Shown here: positions 53,379-63,095 of the stretch, in pieces
How the letters are laid out: every line of letters begins with the position of its first letter
Position numbering within the stretch: position 1 is the stretch's first letter
Assembly (NCBI RefSeq): GCF_004353825.1
Contig: NZ_SMNA01000009.1
Coordinates: forward strand, 1 to 64,000
DNA length: 64,000 nucleotides
Reading direction: 5' to 3'
From: Occultella glacieicola
GTDB lineage: Bacteria; Actinomycetota; Actinomycetes; Actinomycetales; Beutenbergiaceae
Notes under the pieces: model-generated
Databases searched by the model: none
Told to the model about the DNA's origin: nothing
What the model saw: only the letters and a program-made list of their open reading frames with translations
Made by a program: the position numbers and the translations under genes

Positions 53379-54409
53379 CGGGGTGCTCCTTCGGCGACCG
53401 GTTCGGCCGGGGTAGGCGGGGGTGCGGTCCGGGCCCGTCGACGGATCCGCAGGCGCGGGTCGGAGAGGTCGTTCAGGCTCTCACCCACGAGCGTCACCCC
53501 CATCACCAGCAGCACGATCGCCGCGCCCGGGAACACCCCCGTCCACCAGATGCCACTGGCGACGTCCGCGATCGCCCGGTTCAGGTCGTAGCCCCACTCG
53601 GCGGCCGCGGTCGGGTTGATGCCGAACCCGAGGAACCCGAGGCCGGCCAGGGTGAGGATGGCCTCGGACGCGTTCAGGGTGAGGATCAGGGGCAGCGACC
53701 GGGTGGCGTTGCGCAGCACGTGTCGGCCGAGGATGCGCGGTGTGGACGTGCCGATCACCCGGGCCGACTCCACGAACGGCTCGGCCTTGAGGCGCACCGT
53801 CTCGGCCCGGACCACCCGGAAGTACTGCGGCACGAACACCACGGTGATGGACAGGCCGGCAGCCAGGATGCCGCCGAGGAAGCTGGACTGTCCGCCGGAG
53901 ATCATGATGGACAGCACGATGGCGAGCAGCAGGGACGGGAACGCATAGATCGCGTCCGCGATCGTGACCAGCACCCGGTCCAGCCAGCCGCCCAGATAAC
54001 CGGACACCAGGCCGAGCAGCACGCCGAGGAACAGGGAGGCGACGATCGCCACCACCACGACCAACAGGGCCGTCCGCGCGCCCCAGATCACCCGGGAGAA
54101 CACGTCGTAACCGCCCACCGTGGTGCCCCAGATGTGCTCGGCGGACGGCGGCGCCTGGCGCGGGAAGTTCCCGTCCGGTCCGGAGAGCTCGTTGTAGGAG
54201 TAGGGCGTGATCAGTGGTGCGAACACAGCCAGCAGCAGGAACAGCACGCACAGCACCAGGCCGGCCACGAGCATGCCGCGTTGCAGGCCGACGCTGCGCC
54301 GCAGCTGCCAGACCAGCGGGAGCTTCTTCCACCGTGGTTCGGTCGAGGTGCCGTGCACCACCACGGTCTCCTCGACGAGGTCGGACGGTGCAGGTGTCTC
54401 CTCACTCAT
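53375..54409 (-). CDS. Peptide ABC transporter permease (DppC-like)
   Basis: WGTTVGGYDVFSRVIWGAR, FVESARVIG, WWTGVFPG. Confidence 0.93.
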   Translation of the reverse strand: MSEETPAPSDLVEETVVVHGTSTEPRWKKLPLVWQLRRSVGLQRGMLVAGLVLCVLFLLLAVFAPLITPYSYNELSGPDGNFPRQAPPSAEHIWGTTVGGYDVFSRVIWGARTALLVVVVAIVASLFLGVLLGLVSGYLGGWLDRVLVTIADAIYAFPSLLLAIVLSIMISGGQSSFLGGILAAGLSITVVFVPQYFRVVRAETVRLKAEPFVESARVIGTSTPRILGRHVLRNATRSLPLILTLNASEAILTLAGLGFLGFGINPTAAAEWGYDLNRAIADVASGIWWTGVFPGAAIVLLVMGVTLVGESLNDLSDPRLRIRRRARTAPPPTPAEPVAEGAPR

Positions 54410-55485
54410 CAGTACCTCACCCTCGGGTCGATCAGCGCCGCCGCCACGTCCACGATGAAGTTCGTGACCGCGACGATCACGGCGAGCATGGCGACGATCC
54501 CCTGAACCGCCACGAAGTCACGGGCGCCCAGGTACTGCGCCAGCTGGAAGCCGAGCCCACGCCACTCGAACGTGGTCTCGGTGAGGATCGCCCCGCCGAG
54601 CAGCAGGGCGATCTGCATGCCCATCACGGTGATGATCGGGATCAGCGCCGGCCGGTAGGCATGCTTGCGGACCAGGCGGGACTCGCTCACCCCGCGCGAG
54701 CGGGCCGCGTCGACGTAGTCCCGGCCCAGGGTGCCGATCAGGTTCGTGCGCACCAGGCGCAGGAACACGCCGGCCGTGAGCAGTCCGAGGGTCAGTGCCG
54801 GCAGCACCGCGTGGATGGCCACGTCCCCGATCAGGTCGGGGCGCCCGGTCCGCAACGCGTCCAGCATGTTGATGCCGGACGACCCGCTGATCGCGCTCAG
54901 GGTCAGCTGGGTGTCGGAGGTCGCGCGTCCGCTGAGGGGGAACCAACCGAGCCAGACCGAGAAGACGAGCTTCAGGAGCAGCCCGGCGAAGAACACCGGG
55001 GTGGCGTAGAACAGGATCGCGGTGACCCGAAGCACCGCGTCGGGCCAGCGGTCCCGCAGCCGGGCGGCGATCATCCCGAACGGGATCCCGACCGCGAGCG
55101 CCACGATCAGCGCGTAGATGGCCAGTTCGAGGGTGGCCGTGCCATACGTGATCAGGATCTCGGAGATGAGCCGGTTGTCGGTGATCGTGCGCCCGAAGTC
55201 GCCGGAGAAGATCTGTCCGAGGTACTCGACGTACTGCACGAGCAGGGGCCGGTCGTAGCCGGCCTCGGCGAGCCGTTCGGCGAGCTGGTCCGCGCTGAGC
55301 CGGTCGCCCACCGAGGCCGTGATCGGGTCACCGACGACCCGCATCAGGAAGAAGACGAGCGTGACGAGGATGAACACGGTGGGGATGATGAGCAGGAAGC
55401 GGGTGAGGAGGTAGCCACCGAGTCCGGAGCCCTTGCTCCGGACGGCGGCCGTCGTCCCCACCGTGCGATCGTCGACGATCGTCAC
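54409..55485 (-). CDS. Peptide ABC transporter permease (DppB-like)
   Basis: PLLVQY, DYVDAARSRG, IDPRVRY. Confidence 0.93.
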   Translation of the reverse strand: MTIVDDRTVGTTAAVRSKGSGLGGYLLTRFLLIIPTVFILVTLVFFLMRVVGDPITASVGDRLSADQLAERLAEAGYDRPLLVQYVEYLGQIFSGDFGRTITDNRLISEILITYGTATLELAIYALIVALAVGIPFGMIAARLRDRWPDAVLRVTAILFYATPVFFAGLLLKLVFSVWLGWFPLSGRATSDTQLTLSAISGSSGINMLDALRTGRPDLIGDVAIHAVLPALTLGLLTAGVFLRLVRTNLIGTLGRDYVDAARSRGVSESRLVRKHAYRPALIPIITVMGMQIALLLGGAILTETTFEWRGLGFQLAQYLGARDFVAVQGIVAMLAVIVAVTNFIVDVAAALIDPRVRY

Positions 55486-55516
55486 AGGTGGACCTCTTTC
55501 GCAGGCGTTCCGGTGA

Positions 55517-55544
55517 CCGCCACGTGCGCCGGCGCACGTGGCGG
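55517..55544. repeat. Perfect 28-bp palindrome between the SBP and permease genes (likely mRNA stem-loop)
   Basis: CCGCCACGTGCGCC|GGCGCACGTGGCGG. Confidence 0.8.
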
Positions 55545-55549
55545 CGGTG

Positions 55550-57193
55550 TCAGCGGCCCAGTGCCCCGTACCGGAACTTGAACGACGCGTCCAGCGTGTC
55601 CGAGACCCCGGTGATGTCGGTCGCCGCGACGGCCACCTGGGCACCCTGCAGGTAGGGGACCGTGGACAGGTCGGCCGCGACCAGGTCCTGCACCTGCTCG
55701 ATCAGCGCGGTGCGCTCGGTCTCGTCGACGGTGGTCGCCTGCGCCAGGATGAGGTCGTTGACCTCCTGGTTCTCGTAGTGGTTGCCGAGGAAGTTCTCGG
55801 TGAGGAAGAACGGCGACAGATAGGTGTCCGCGTCCGAGTAGTCCGGGAACCAGCCGAGCTGGTACGCCGGGTAGAGGTCCTGAGTGCGCTCGGCCGAGTA
55901 GGCGTCCCACAAGGTCGAGTTGAGCTGCACGTCGAACAGGCCGGTCGCCTCCAGTTGCGCCTCGATCATGGCGTACTCCTCGTCCGAGGAGGCGCCGTAG
56001 TGGTCGGGGCTGTACTGCAGGTTCAGCGGCACCGGCGTGGTCACGCCGGCGTCCGCGAGCGCGGCGGTGGCGGCATCGACGTCCGGGCCACCGGAGCCGT
56101 CACCGTAGAGGCCCTGCAGCGCCGTGTTCGCACCGGTCAGGCCCTCCGGCACGTAGGAGTACAACGGGGTGTAAGTGCCCTGGTAGATCTCCTCGGACAG
56201 GGCGTTCCGATCGATCACATGCGCGACGGCCTGCCGGACCGCGAGGGCCTTGGCCGGGTCCGGTTCCGCGGTGGTGGCACCGTACGGCTGGGTGTTGAAG
56301 TTGAACACGATGTAGCGGATCTCCCCACCGGGGCCGTCGTGGACCGTCACGGAGTCGTCCGAGCGCAGGTCGCCGATGTCGGTCGGGCTCATCGACCGGA
56401 ACGCCACGTCGACGTCGCCCTCCTGCACGGCGAGCTTCAGCGAGGTCTCCTCGGCGAAGTACTGCACCGTGATCTCGTCGGTGACGGCCGGTGGCAGCAC
56501 GCCGGCGTAGCCATCGAACGCCGTGTACCGGATCACCTCGTTCTCCACGTAGTCGCTGATCGTGTACTGCCCGGCGAAGGCCTCGGCCTCGGCGATATCG
56601 GCCGACGGCGTCACCTCGGTCGCGGAGAAGACCTCCTCGTCCACGATCGGGGCCACCGCGGAGGCCAGGATCTGCGGGAAGACCTGGTCGTTCTCGCTGA
56701 GCAGGTGGAAGACCACCGTGGTCTCATCGACGACCTCGGTGCTCTCCAGGTTGTAGAGCAGGGCGGCCGGGCCCTGCGGGTCGTTGATGGCGACCTGGCG
56801 GTCGAACGTGAACTTGACGTCGGAGGCGGTCAGCGCGTGGCCGTTCGCGAAGGTCAGGTCCGGCTTGAGCACCACCGTGTACTCGGTCGGAGCGGTGAAC
56901 TCCGCGGACACGGCGATGTCCGGTTCCACGTCCGGTGACCCGTAAGGGTTGTTCATCAGGAATGGGTACACCTGGAGCATGACGGTCAAGGACCCGTTGT
57001 CGTAGGACCCGGCGGGATCCAGCGAGATGATCACGTCGGTGGTGCCCACCGTGATGCCACCGCCGGCGTCCCCACCGGTGCCGTCATCGGCGTTCGGGTC
57101 CTCGGTCTCCGCGCAGGCGGCGAGCACGAGGGCGAGGGCGGCGGCGGTGCCGACCACGCTCAGGCCGCGGCGCCGGAAGCTGGCTGTAGCCAT
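55550..57193 (-). CDS. Family 5 ABC substrate-binding lipoprotein
   Basis: Signal peptide with lipobox LAAC; SLDPA, TASDVKFTF, GWFPDY. Confidence 0.93.
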   Translation of the reverse strand: MATASFRRRGLSVVGTAAALALVLAACAETEDPNADDGTGGDAGGGITVGTTDVIISLDPAGSYDNGSLTVMLQVYPFLMNNPYGSPDVEPDIAVSAEFTAPTEYTVVLKPDLTFANGHALTASDVKFTFDRQVAINDPQGPAALLYNLESTEVVDETTVVFHLLSENDQVFPQILASAVAPIVDEEVFSATEVTPSADIAEAEAFAGQYTISDYVENEVIRYTAFDGYAGVLPPAVTDEITVQYFAEETSLKLAVQEGDVDVAFRSMSPTDIGDLRSDDSVTVHDGPGGEIRYIVFNFNTQPYGATTAEPDPAKALAVRQAVAHVIDRNALSEEIYQGTYTPLYSYVPEGLTGANTALQGLYGDGSGGPDVDAATAALADAGVTTPVPLNLQYSPDHYGASSDEEYAMIEAQLEATGLFDVQLNSTLWDAYSAERTQDLYPAYQLGWFPDYSDADTYLSPFFLTENFLGNHYENQEVNDLILAQATTVDETERTALIEQVQDLVAADLSTVPYLQGAQVAVAATDITGVSDTLDASFKFRYGALGR

Positions 57194-57349
57194 GTTCCAC
57201 ATCCTTAGTGCGATCTCCGGGTCCGCGGGTACACGGACTCCTCAGGCGATGCCTGTCCACATCTTCGTGGAGTGATGTCTAGCACACGGAGGTCGCGTTT
57301 TGATTACGGGCCCCGCTCACCGAAGACCTTTTGCTTGCCGCGTTGGAGT

Positions 57350-57373
57350 GTAATCATGTAAGCAAGTAACGAT
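57350..57373 (+). promoter_or_regulatory. Three 8-bp tandem boxes (candidate operator)
   Basis: GTAATCAT-GTAAGCAA-GTAACGAT; inverted copy TGATTAC at 57301-57307. Confidence 0.5.
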
Positions 57374-57385
57374 GGGAGACGCCTC

Positions 57386-58009
57386 ATGACCAGGAACGAG
57401 TACGACGAGGCCGGCGACGACGCCATGTCCGGCGAGCGGTTCGGCGGCCGTGGTCGCGGTGACCGACGCGGGGGCGCGCGCGGCAGGGGTCGCGGCGGCT
57501 GGCAGGTCGCCGACCTTCCGGCCGCCGACGACGCCGCGGACTGGTTCCTCGGCAGGTTGCCGCAGGCCTGGTTCACCGAGGTCGAGGTGACCGTCGACCG
57601 TGAGGAGATCCTCGTCGTCGGGACCCTGGCCGTGCAGACCGTCGGGGCGGCCGAAGGGGCCGAGGCCGAGGGCCGGATCGGCCGGTTCCGCGCCGAGACC
57701 AGGGCCGAGCGGATCGAGATCGCCGAGGAGGCACAGGCCCGATACCGGCGCACGGTCTCCTGGGGCGCCCGGCTGGGCGGTACCTCCGCCCTGTTCACCC
57801 ATGTCGCGGCGCCGGTGATGACCCGGCTGCGTCAGCCCGAGCGTCGGGTGCTCGACACGCTGGTCGACGCCGGGGTGGCCCGCTCCCGATCCGACGCGCT
57901 CGCCTGGTCGGTGCGGCTGGTCGGCGAGCACGCCGACGAGTGGCTCGGCCGCCTCCGTGAGGCGATGGCGGAGGTCGACGAACTCCGGTCCCAGGGGCCG
58001 GCGCTCTGA
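57386..58009 (+). CDS. Conserved hypothetical protein with RGG-rich N-terminus and C-terminal RHH-like segment
   Basis: GGGAG RBS; PVMTRLRQPERRVLDTLVDAGVARSRSDAL resembles a CopG-type beta-alpha-alpha pattern. Confidence 0.78.
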   Translation: MTRNEYDEAGDDAMSGERFGGRGRGDRRGGARGRGRGGWQVADLPAADDAADWFLGRLPQAWFTEVEVTVDREEILVVGTLAVQTVGAAEGAEAEGRIGRFRAETRAERIEIAEEAQARYRRTVSWGARLGGTSALFTHVAAPVMTRLRQPERRVLDTLVDAGVARSRSDALAWSVRLVGEHADEWLGRLREAMAEVDELRSQGPAL

Positions 58010-58031
58010 GGAGGCCACTAGCCTGGGGAGT

Positions 58032-58484
58032 GTGCCCTGGATCGATGCCCTCACCGAGGCGCCGACGGCCGCCGGGCCGTACGACGTGTGGCACCGGATC
58101 GACGGCACCCGTGCCCGCACCAAGTCGGACCTGCTCGGTGAGCTCGCGCGGGTGCTGGAGTTCCCGGACTGGTTCGGGAGGAACTGGGACGCGCTCTTCG
58201 ACTGCCTCCTCGGGCTCGAGCGGCTGGGCCCGGAGCGGCGCGGCGTAGCCCGGGCCGGCCTACCCCGCTCCGGACGGCGGGTGGGTACCGGCAAGCACGT
58301 GCTCGCCCTCACCGATCCCGAGGACCTGCTGATCGACGCCGAGGACGAACTCGGCACGTTCCTCCAGGTGCTGACCGACGCCCGCCTGTACGGCGTCGGC
58401 GCCGCGGTGGTCACGGACGCTCCCGAGCGGTGGCGCGCGCGAGCCCGCCGGGCCGTGTCGGCCCGCCGTGACAGACTCGCGCCC
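58032..58484 (+). CDS. Barstar-like domain with no stop codon, continuing in frame into the exonuclease
   Basis: LARVLEFPDWFGRNWDALFDCL barstar signature; TAGCCT 7 nt before GTG. Confidence 0.72.
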
Positions 58485-59438
58485 ATGGACCGACTGATGC
58501 TCCTGGACACTGCGAGCCTGTACTTCCGCGCCTTCTTCGGTGTGCCCGACTCGATCAGGGCGCCCGACGGCACCCAGGTCAACGCCGTGCGTGGCCTGCT
58601 GGACTTCATCACCCGGCTCGTCGAGCAGTACCGGCCCACCCACCTGGTCTGCTGCTGGGACAACGACTGGCGACCGCAGTGGCGGGTGGACCTGATCCCC
58701 TCCTACAAGGCGCACCGGGTCGAGGAGGTGGTTCCCGGCGGCTCCGACGTGGAGGAGGTGCCGGACCCGCTCCAGGTCCAGATCCCGATCATCGTGGCGA
58801 CGCTGGAGGCGCTCGGGATCACGATCGCCGGGGCGGACGGCTACGAGGCCGACGACGTGATCGGCACCCTGGCCACCGACGCGGGCATGCCCGTCGACGT
58901 GGTCACCGGGGACCGGGACCTGTTCCAACTCGTCGACGACAACGCCGTCGGTGGTCCGGTGCGGGTGCTCTACACCGCGCGCGGTGTGGGCCGGCACGAG
59001 GTTCTCACCGACGCCGTCGTCATGGAGAAGTACGGGGTGCGGCCGGACCAGTACGCCGACTTCGCGACCATGCGGGGGGACACCTCGGACGGCCTGCCCG
59101 GGGTGTCCGGGGTGGGGGAGAAGACCGCCGCGTCGTTGCTCGCGAGTTTCGGGGACCTCGCCGGGATCCGGGCTGCCGCCGCCGACCCGGCGACCCCGCT
59201 CGCCGCCGGCGTGCGCGCGAAGCTCAAGGCCGCCTCGGACTACCTGGACGTGGCCCCGCAGGTGGTCGCGGTCGCCCGTCGGATCAACCTCGGTGAGCTG
59301 GACGCCGCGCTGCCGGGGAGCGGCCCCGGCCACCCGGTGCCCCGCGACCCCGCGGCGCTCGCCGACCTGGTCGAGCGGTGGGGCCTGGGCGGGTCGGTCA
59401 GCCGCCTGCTGGAGGCGCTCACACCGGCCACATCGTGA
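58485..59438 (+). CDS. 5'-3' exonuclease / flap endonuclease (stand-alone PolI N-domain homologue)
   Basis: LLDTASLYFRAF, YKAHR, YEADDVIG, TGDRD, GDTSDGLPGVSGVGEKTA. Confidence 0.93.
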   Translation: MDRLMLLDTASLYFRAFFGVPDSIRAPDGTQVNAVRGLLDFITRLVEQYRPTHLVCCWDNDWRPQWRVDLIPSYKAHRVEEVVPGGSDVEEVPDPLQVQIPIIVATLEALGITIAGADGYEADDVIGTLATDAGMPVDVVTGDRDLFQLVDDNAVGGPVRVLYTARGVGRHEVLTDAVVMEKYGVRPDQYADFATMRGDTSDGLPGVSGVGEKTAASLLASFGDLAGIRAAAADPATPLAAGVRAKLKAASDYLDVAPQVVAVARRINLGELDAALPGSGPGHPVPRDPAALADLVERWGLGGSVSRLLEALTPATS

Positions 59439-59479
59439 ATGCGCCGACACGCGCCCGCTCGGCTTCCTACACTCGGGGG

Positions 59480-62400
59480 ATGCTCCCCGAACGCTCCGCC
59501 GCACTGAAGCACGCCATCAGCACCCGGGTGGTCGTCGCCGACGGTGCCATGGGCACCATGCTCCAGGACGCCAACCTGACCCTCGACGACTTCCAGGGAC
59601 TCGAGGGCTGCAACGAGATCCTGAACGTGACCCGCCCCGATGTGATCGAGTCCGTGCACGACGCGTACTACGCCGTCGGTGTGGACTGTGTCGAGACGAA
59701 CACGTTCGGCGCGAACTGGTCGAACCTGTCCGACTACGACATCGACGACCGGATCTTCGAGCTCGCCGAGGCCGGGGCCAGGATCGCGCGACGCAGCGCC
59801 GACAAGAACAGCACCGAGGACCACCCGCGCTGGGTGCTCGGGTCCATGGGACCGGGCACGAAGCTGCCGAGCCTGGGGCACACGACCTACGCCCACCTGA
59901 AGGACACGTTCGCCCAGCAGGCCGCCGGCCTGATCGCCGGCGGCGCCGACGCGATCCTCGTCGAGACCAGCCAGGACCTGCTGCAGACGAAGGCTGCGAT
60001 CAACGGGGCCAAGGCCGCGATGACGCAGACCGGCACCGAGTTGCCGATCTTCGCCCAGGTCACGGTGGAGACCACCGGCACGATGCTGATGGGGTCGGAG
60101 ATCGGCGCCGCACTGACCACCCTGCGCGCGCTCGGCATCGACTCCATCGGGCTGAACTGCGCCACCGGCCCCGCCGAGATGAGCGAGCACCTGCGCCATC
60201 TGGCCCGGCACGCCGACCTGCCGATCACTTGCATGCCGAACGCCGGGCTGCCGGTGCTGGGGGCGAACGGCGCCTCCTACCCGTTGACCCCTCAGGAGCT
60301 GGGCATCGCCCACGAGCAGTTCGTGACCGAGTTCGGCCTCGGTCTCGTCGGCGGGTGCTGCGGCACCACCCCCGAGCACCTGGCGCAGGTGGTGCAGCGG
60401 GTCGGCGGCCGGGCCGTCGTCACCCGGTCCCCGGAGCCCGAGCAGGGTGTGGCGAGCCTGTACTCCCACGTCGACTTCGACCAGGATGCCTCGTTCCTGG
60501 CCATCGGCGAACGCACCAACGCGAACGGCTCCAAGGCGTTCCGGGAGGCGATGCTCGCGGAGAACTGGGACGAGTGCGTCCAGATCGCCCGGGCCCAGAC
60601 CCGCGACGGCGCGCACCTGCTGGACGTCTGCGTCGACTACGTCGGCCGGGACGGCGTCGCCGACGCCCGCGCGGTCATCTCGAGGCTGGCCAGCGCGTCC
60701 ACGCTGCCCCTGGTGATCGACTCCACCGAGCCGGACGTGGTCCGCGCCGGCCTGGAGCTGGTGGGTGGCCGGGCCGTGGTCAACTCGGTGAACTTCGAGG
60801 ACGGCGACGGCCCCGAGTCCCGCTACGCCAAGGTCATGCCGATCGTGAAGGAGCACGGCGCCGCCGTCATCGCCCTGACCATCGACGAGGAGGGCCAGGC
60901 CCGCACCGCCGAGACGAAGGTGGCGATCGCGTCCCGGCTCATCGAGGAGCTCACCGGCACCTGGGGGATGGCGATCGAGGACATCATCGTCGACGCCCTC
61001 ACGTTCCCGATCGGCACCGGCCAGGAGGAGACCCGGCGGGACGCCATCGAGACGATCGAGGCGATCCGGGCGCTGAAGGCGAAGTACCCCGGCGTGCACA
61101 CCACGCTGGGGGTCTCGAACGTGTCCTTCGGGCTGAACCCGGCCGCCCGCGTGGTCCTCAACTCGGTGTTCCTGCACGAGGCGGTGCAGGCCGGACTCGA
61201 CTCGGCGATCGTGCACGCCGCGAAGATCCTGCCGCTCGCGAAGATCCCCGACGAGCAGCGCCAGGCCGCACTCGACCTGGTCTGGGACCGCCGTGAGTTC
61301 GACGAGACCGGTGCGATGACGCACGACCCTCTCGCGCACCTGCTCGACCTCTTCTCCGGGGTGGACTCGGCGGCCCTGAAGGACCAGCGAGCCGCGGAGC
61401 TGGCGGCGCTGCCGCTGGGTGAGCGGCTGCAGCGGCGCATCGTCGACGGCGAGATGAAGGGTCTCGACGACGATCTCGCGGCCGCCCTCGGCGAGGGCTG
61501 GAGCGCTCTGGCGATCATCAACGACCACCTGCTCGAGGGCATGAAGGTGGTCGGCGAACTGTTCGGGCGCGGCGAGATGCAGCTGCCGTTCGTGCTGCAG
61601 TCCGCCGAGACCATGAAGTCCGCGGTGGCCTACCTCGAGCCGTACATCGAGAAGACGGACGAGGCCGGCAAGGGCACCATCGTCCTGGGCACCGTGCGCG
61701 GCGACGTGCACGACATCGGCAAGAACCTCGTGGACATCATCCTCACGAACAACGGCTACACCGTGGTCAACATCGGGATCAAGCAGCCGATCTCGGCGAT
61801 GATCGAGGCCGCGGAGGAGCACAACGCGGACGTCATCGGAATGAGTGGCCTGCTGGTGAAGTCCACCGTGGTGATGAAGGAGAACCTCGAGGAGCTCGCC
61901 TCCCGCGGGCTCGCCGGGAAGTACCCGGTGCTGCTCGGCGGCGCCGCGCTGACGCGCGTGTATGTCGAGGACGACCTGGCCGGGCTGTATCCGGGCGAGG
62001 TGCGCTACGCCCGCGACGCCTTCGAAGGGCTGCGCCTGATGGAGCCGCTGGTACGGGTCGCCCGGGGAGAGGCGCGCGACGCCGTCGGGCTCCCCGCGTT
62101 GAAGAAGCGGATCCACGCGAGAGTGACGGTGGACGAGACGGCGCCCGAGGACCTGCCGGCCCGTTCGGACGTGAGCCTGACCAACGAGGTTCCCACCCCG
62201 CCGTTCTGGGGCACCCGGATCGTCAGGGGAATCAAGCTCGCCGACTACGCCGCGTTCCTCGACGAGCGGGCCACCTTCATGGGGCAGTGGGGGCTCAAGC
62301 CGTCCCGCGACGGGGAGGTCTCCTACGAACAGCTCGTCGAGACCGAGGGACGGCCACGGCTGCGCGAGTGGCTCGACCGCATCCAGACCGAGGAGATGTT

Positions 62401-63007
62401 CGCACCTGCGGTGGTCTACGGGTACTTCCCGGCGGTGTCCGAGGGCGACGACCTGGTGATCCTGCACCACGACGGTCCGGACGGCGGATCCGGGGGTGAG
62501 CCGGGCACCGAGCGGGTCCGGTTCACGTTCCCTCGGCAGCGCCGGGACCGGCATCTGTGCCTGGCCGACTTCGTGCGCCCGCGGGAGTCCGGTGAGGTCG
62601 ACGTGGTCGGCTTCCAGCTCGTCACCGTGGGCGCGGCCGTCAACGACCATACGGCCCGGCTGTTCGCCGCCAACGCGTACCGGGACTACATGGAGCTGCA
62701 CGGACTGTCGGTGCAGCTGACCGAGTCGCTCGCCGAGTTCTGGCACTCCCGGATCCGCGAGGAGCTCGGCTTCTCGGCCGAGGACCCGGACGACGTCGAG
62801 GGCATGTTCAAAGTCGCCTACCGGGGGGCTCGGTACTCGCTCGGCTATCCCGCCTGCCCGGACATGGAGGACCGTCGCAAGATCGTGGACCTGCTCCGCG
62901 CCGAGCGGATCGGGGTCGAGCTCTCGGAGGAGCTGCAGCTGCACCCCGAACAGTCCACCGACGCCATCGTGTTCCACCACCCCGAGGCGAAGTACTTCTC
63001 CGTCTGA
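59480..63007 (+). CDS. metH: Cobalamin-dependent methionine synthase
   Basis: DGAMGT, GGCCGTT, GERTNANGS, GDVHDIGKN, RYSLGYPACP; TACACT 6 nt before ATG. Confidence 0.97.
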   Translation: MLPERSAALKHAISTRVVVADGAMGTMLQDANLTLDDFQGLEGCNEILNVTRPDVIESVHDAYYAVGVDCVETNTFGANWSNLSDYDIDDRIFELAEAGARIARRSADKNSTEDHPRWVLGSMGPGTKLPSLGHTTYAHLKDTFAQQAAGLIAGGADAILVETSQDLLQTKAAINGAKAAMTQTGTELPIFAQVTVETTGTMLMGSEIGAALTTLRALGIDSIGLNCATGPAEMSEHLRHLARHADLPITCMPNAGLPVLGANGASYPLTPQELGIAHEQFVTEFGLGLVGGCCGTTPEHLAQVVQRVGGRAVVTRSPEPEQGVASLYSHVDFDQDASFLAIGERTNANGSKAFREAMLAENWDECVQIARAQTRDGAHLLDVCVDYVGRDGVADARAVISRLASASTLPLVIDSTEPDVVRAGLELVGGRAVVNSVNFEDGDGPESRYAKVMPIVKEHGAAVIALTIDEEGQARTAETKVAIASRLIEELTGTWGMAIEDIIVDALTFPIGTGQEETRRDAIETIEAIRALKAKYPGVHTTLGVSNVSFGLNPAARVVLNSVFLHEAVQAGLDSAIVHAAKILPLAKIPDEQRQAALDLVWDRREFDETGAMTHDPLAHLLDLFSGVDSAALKDQRAAELAALPLGERLQRRIVDGEMKGLDDDLAAALGEGWSALAIINDHLLEGMKVVGELFGRGEMQLPFVLQSAETMKSAVAYLEPYIEKTDEAGKGTIVLGTVRGDVHDIGKNLVDIILTNNGYTVVNIGIKQPISAMIEAAEEHNADVIGMSGLLVKSTVVMKENLEELASRGLAGKYPVLLGGAALTRVYVEDDLAGLYPGEVRYARDAFEGLRLMEPLVRVARGEARDAVGLPALKKRIHARVTVDETAPEDLPARSDVSLTNEVPTPPFWGTRIVRGIKLADYAAFLDERATFMGQWGLKPSRDGEVSYEQLVETEGRPRLREWLDRIQTEEMFAPAVVYGYFPAVSEGDDLVILHHDGPDGGSGGEPGTERVRFTFPRQRRDRHLCLADFVRPRESGEVDVVGFQLVTVGAAVNDHTARLFAANAYRDYMELHGLSVQLTESLAEFWHSRIREELGFSAEDPDDVEGMFKVAYRGARYSLGYPACPDMEDRRKIVDLLRAERIGVELSEELQLHPEQSTDAIVFHHPEAKYFSV

Positions 63008-63041
63008 CGGGCACCGACCCCGACGGCACTTCGGTCGCCTC

Positions 63042-63087
63042 TTGCACTATACGTATACATATGCGTATCCTTTGATCGGAGGATACG
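63042..63087 (+). promoter_or_regulatory. Promoter/operator of the EXLDI-ABC unit
   Basis: TTGCAC-18bp-TATCCT; AT-rich TATACGTATACATATGCGTAT spacer; inverted repeat CGTATCCT/AGGATACG. Confidence 0.6.
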
Positions 63088-63095
63088 ATGAGCCC

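Noticed and set aside
58032..58484. Barnase-barstar toxin-immunity pair
   Set aside because: No secreted RNase gene is visible beside it
59439..59479. Cobalamin or SAM riboswitch ahead of metH
   Set aside because: The intergenic space is about 40 bp with a -10 six nt from the ATG, leaving no room
59240..62980. Very long antisense ORFs (also 1354-5001, 9347-12559, 43455-46154)
   Set aside because: Shadows of high-GC3 genes on the opposite strand; no recognisable motifs
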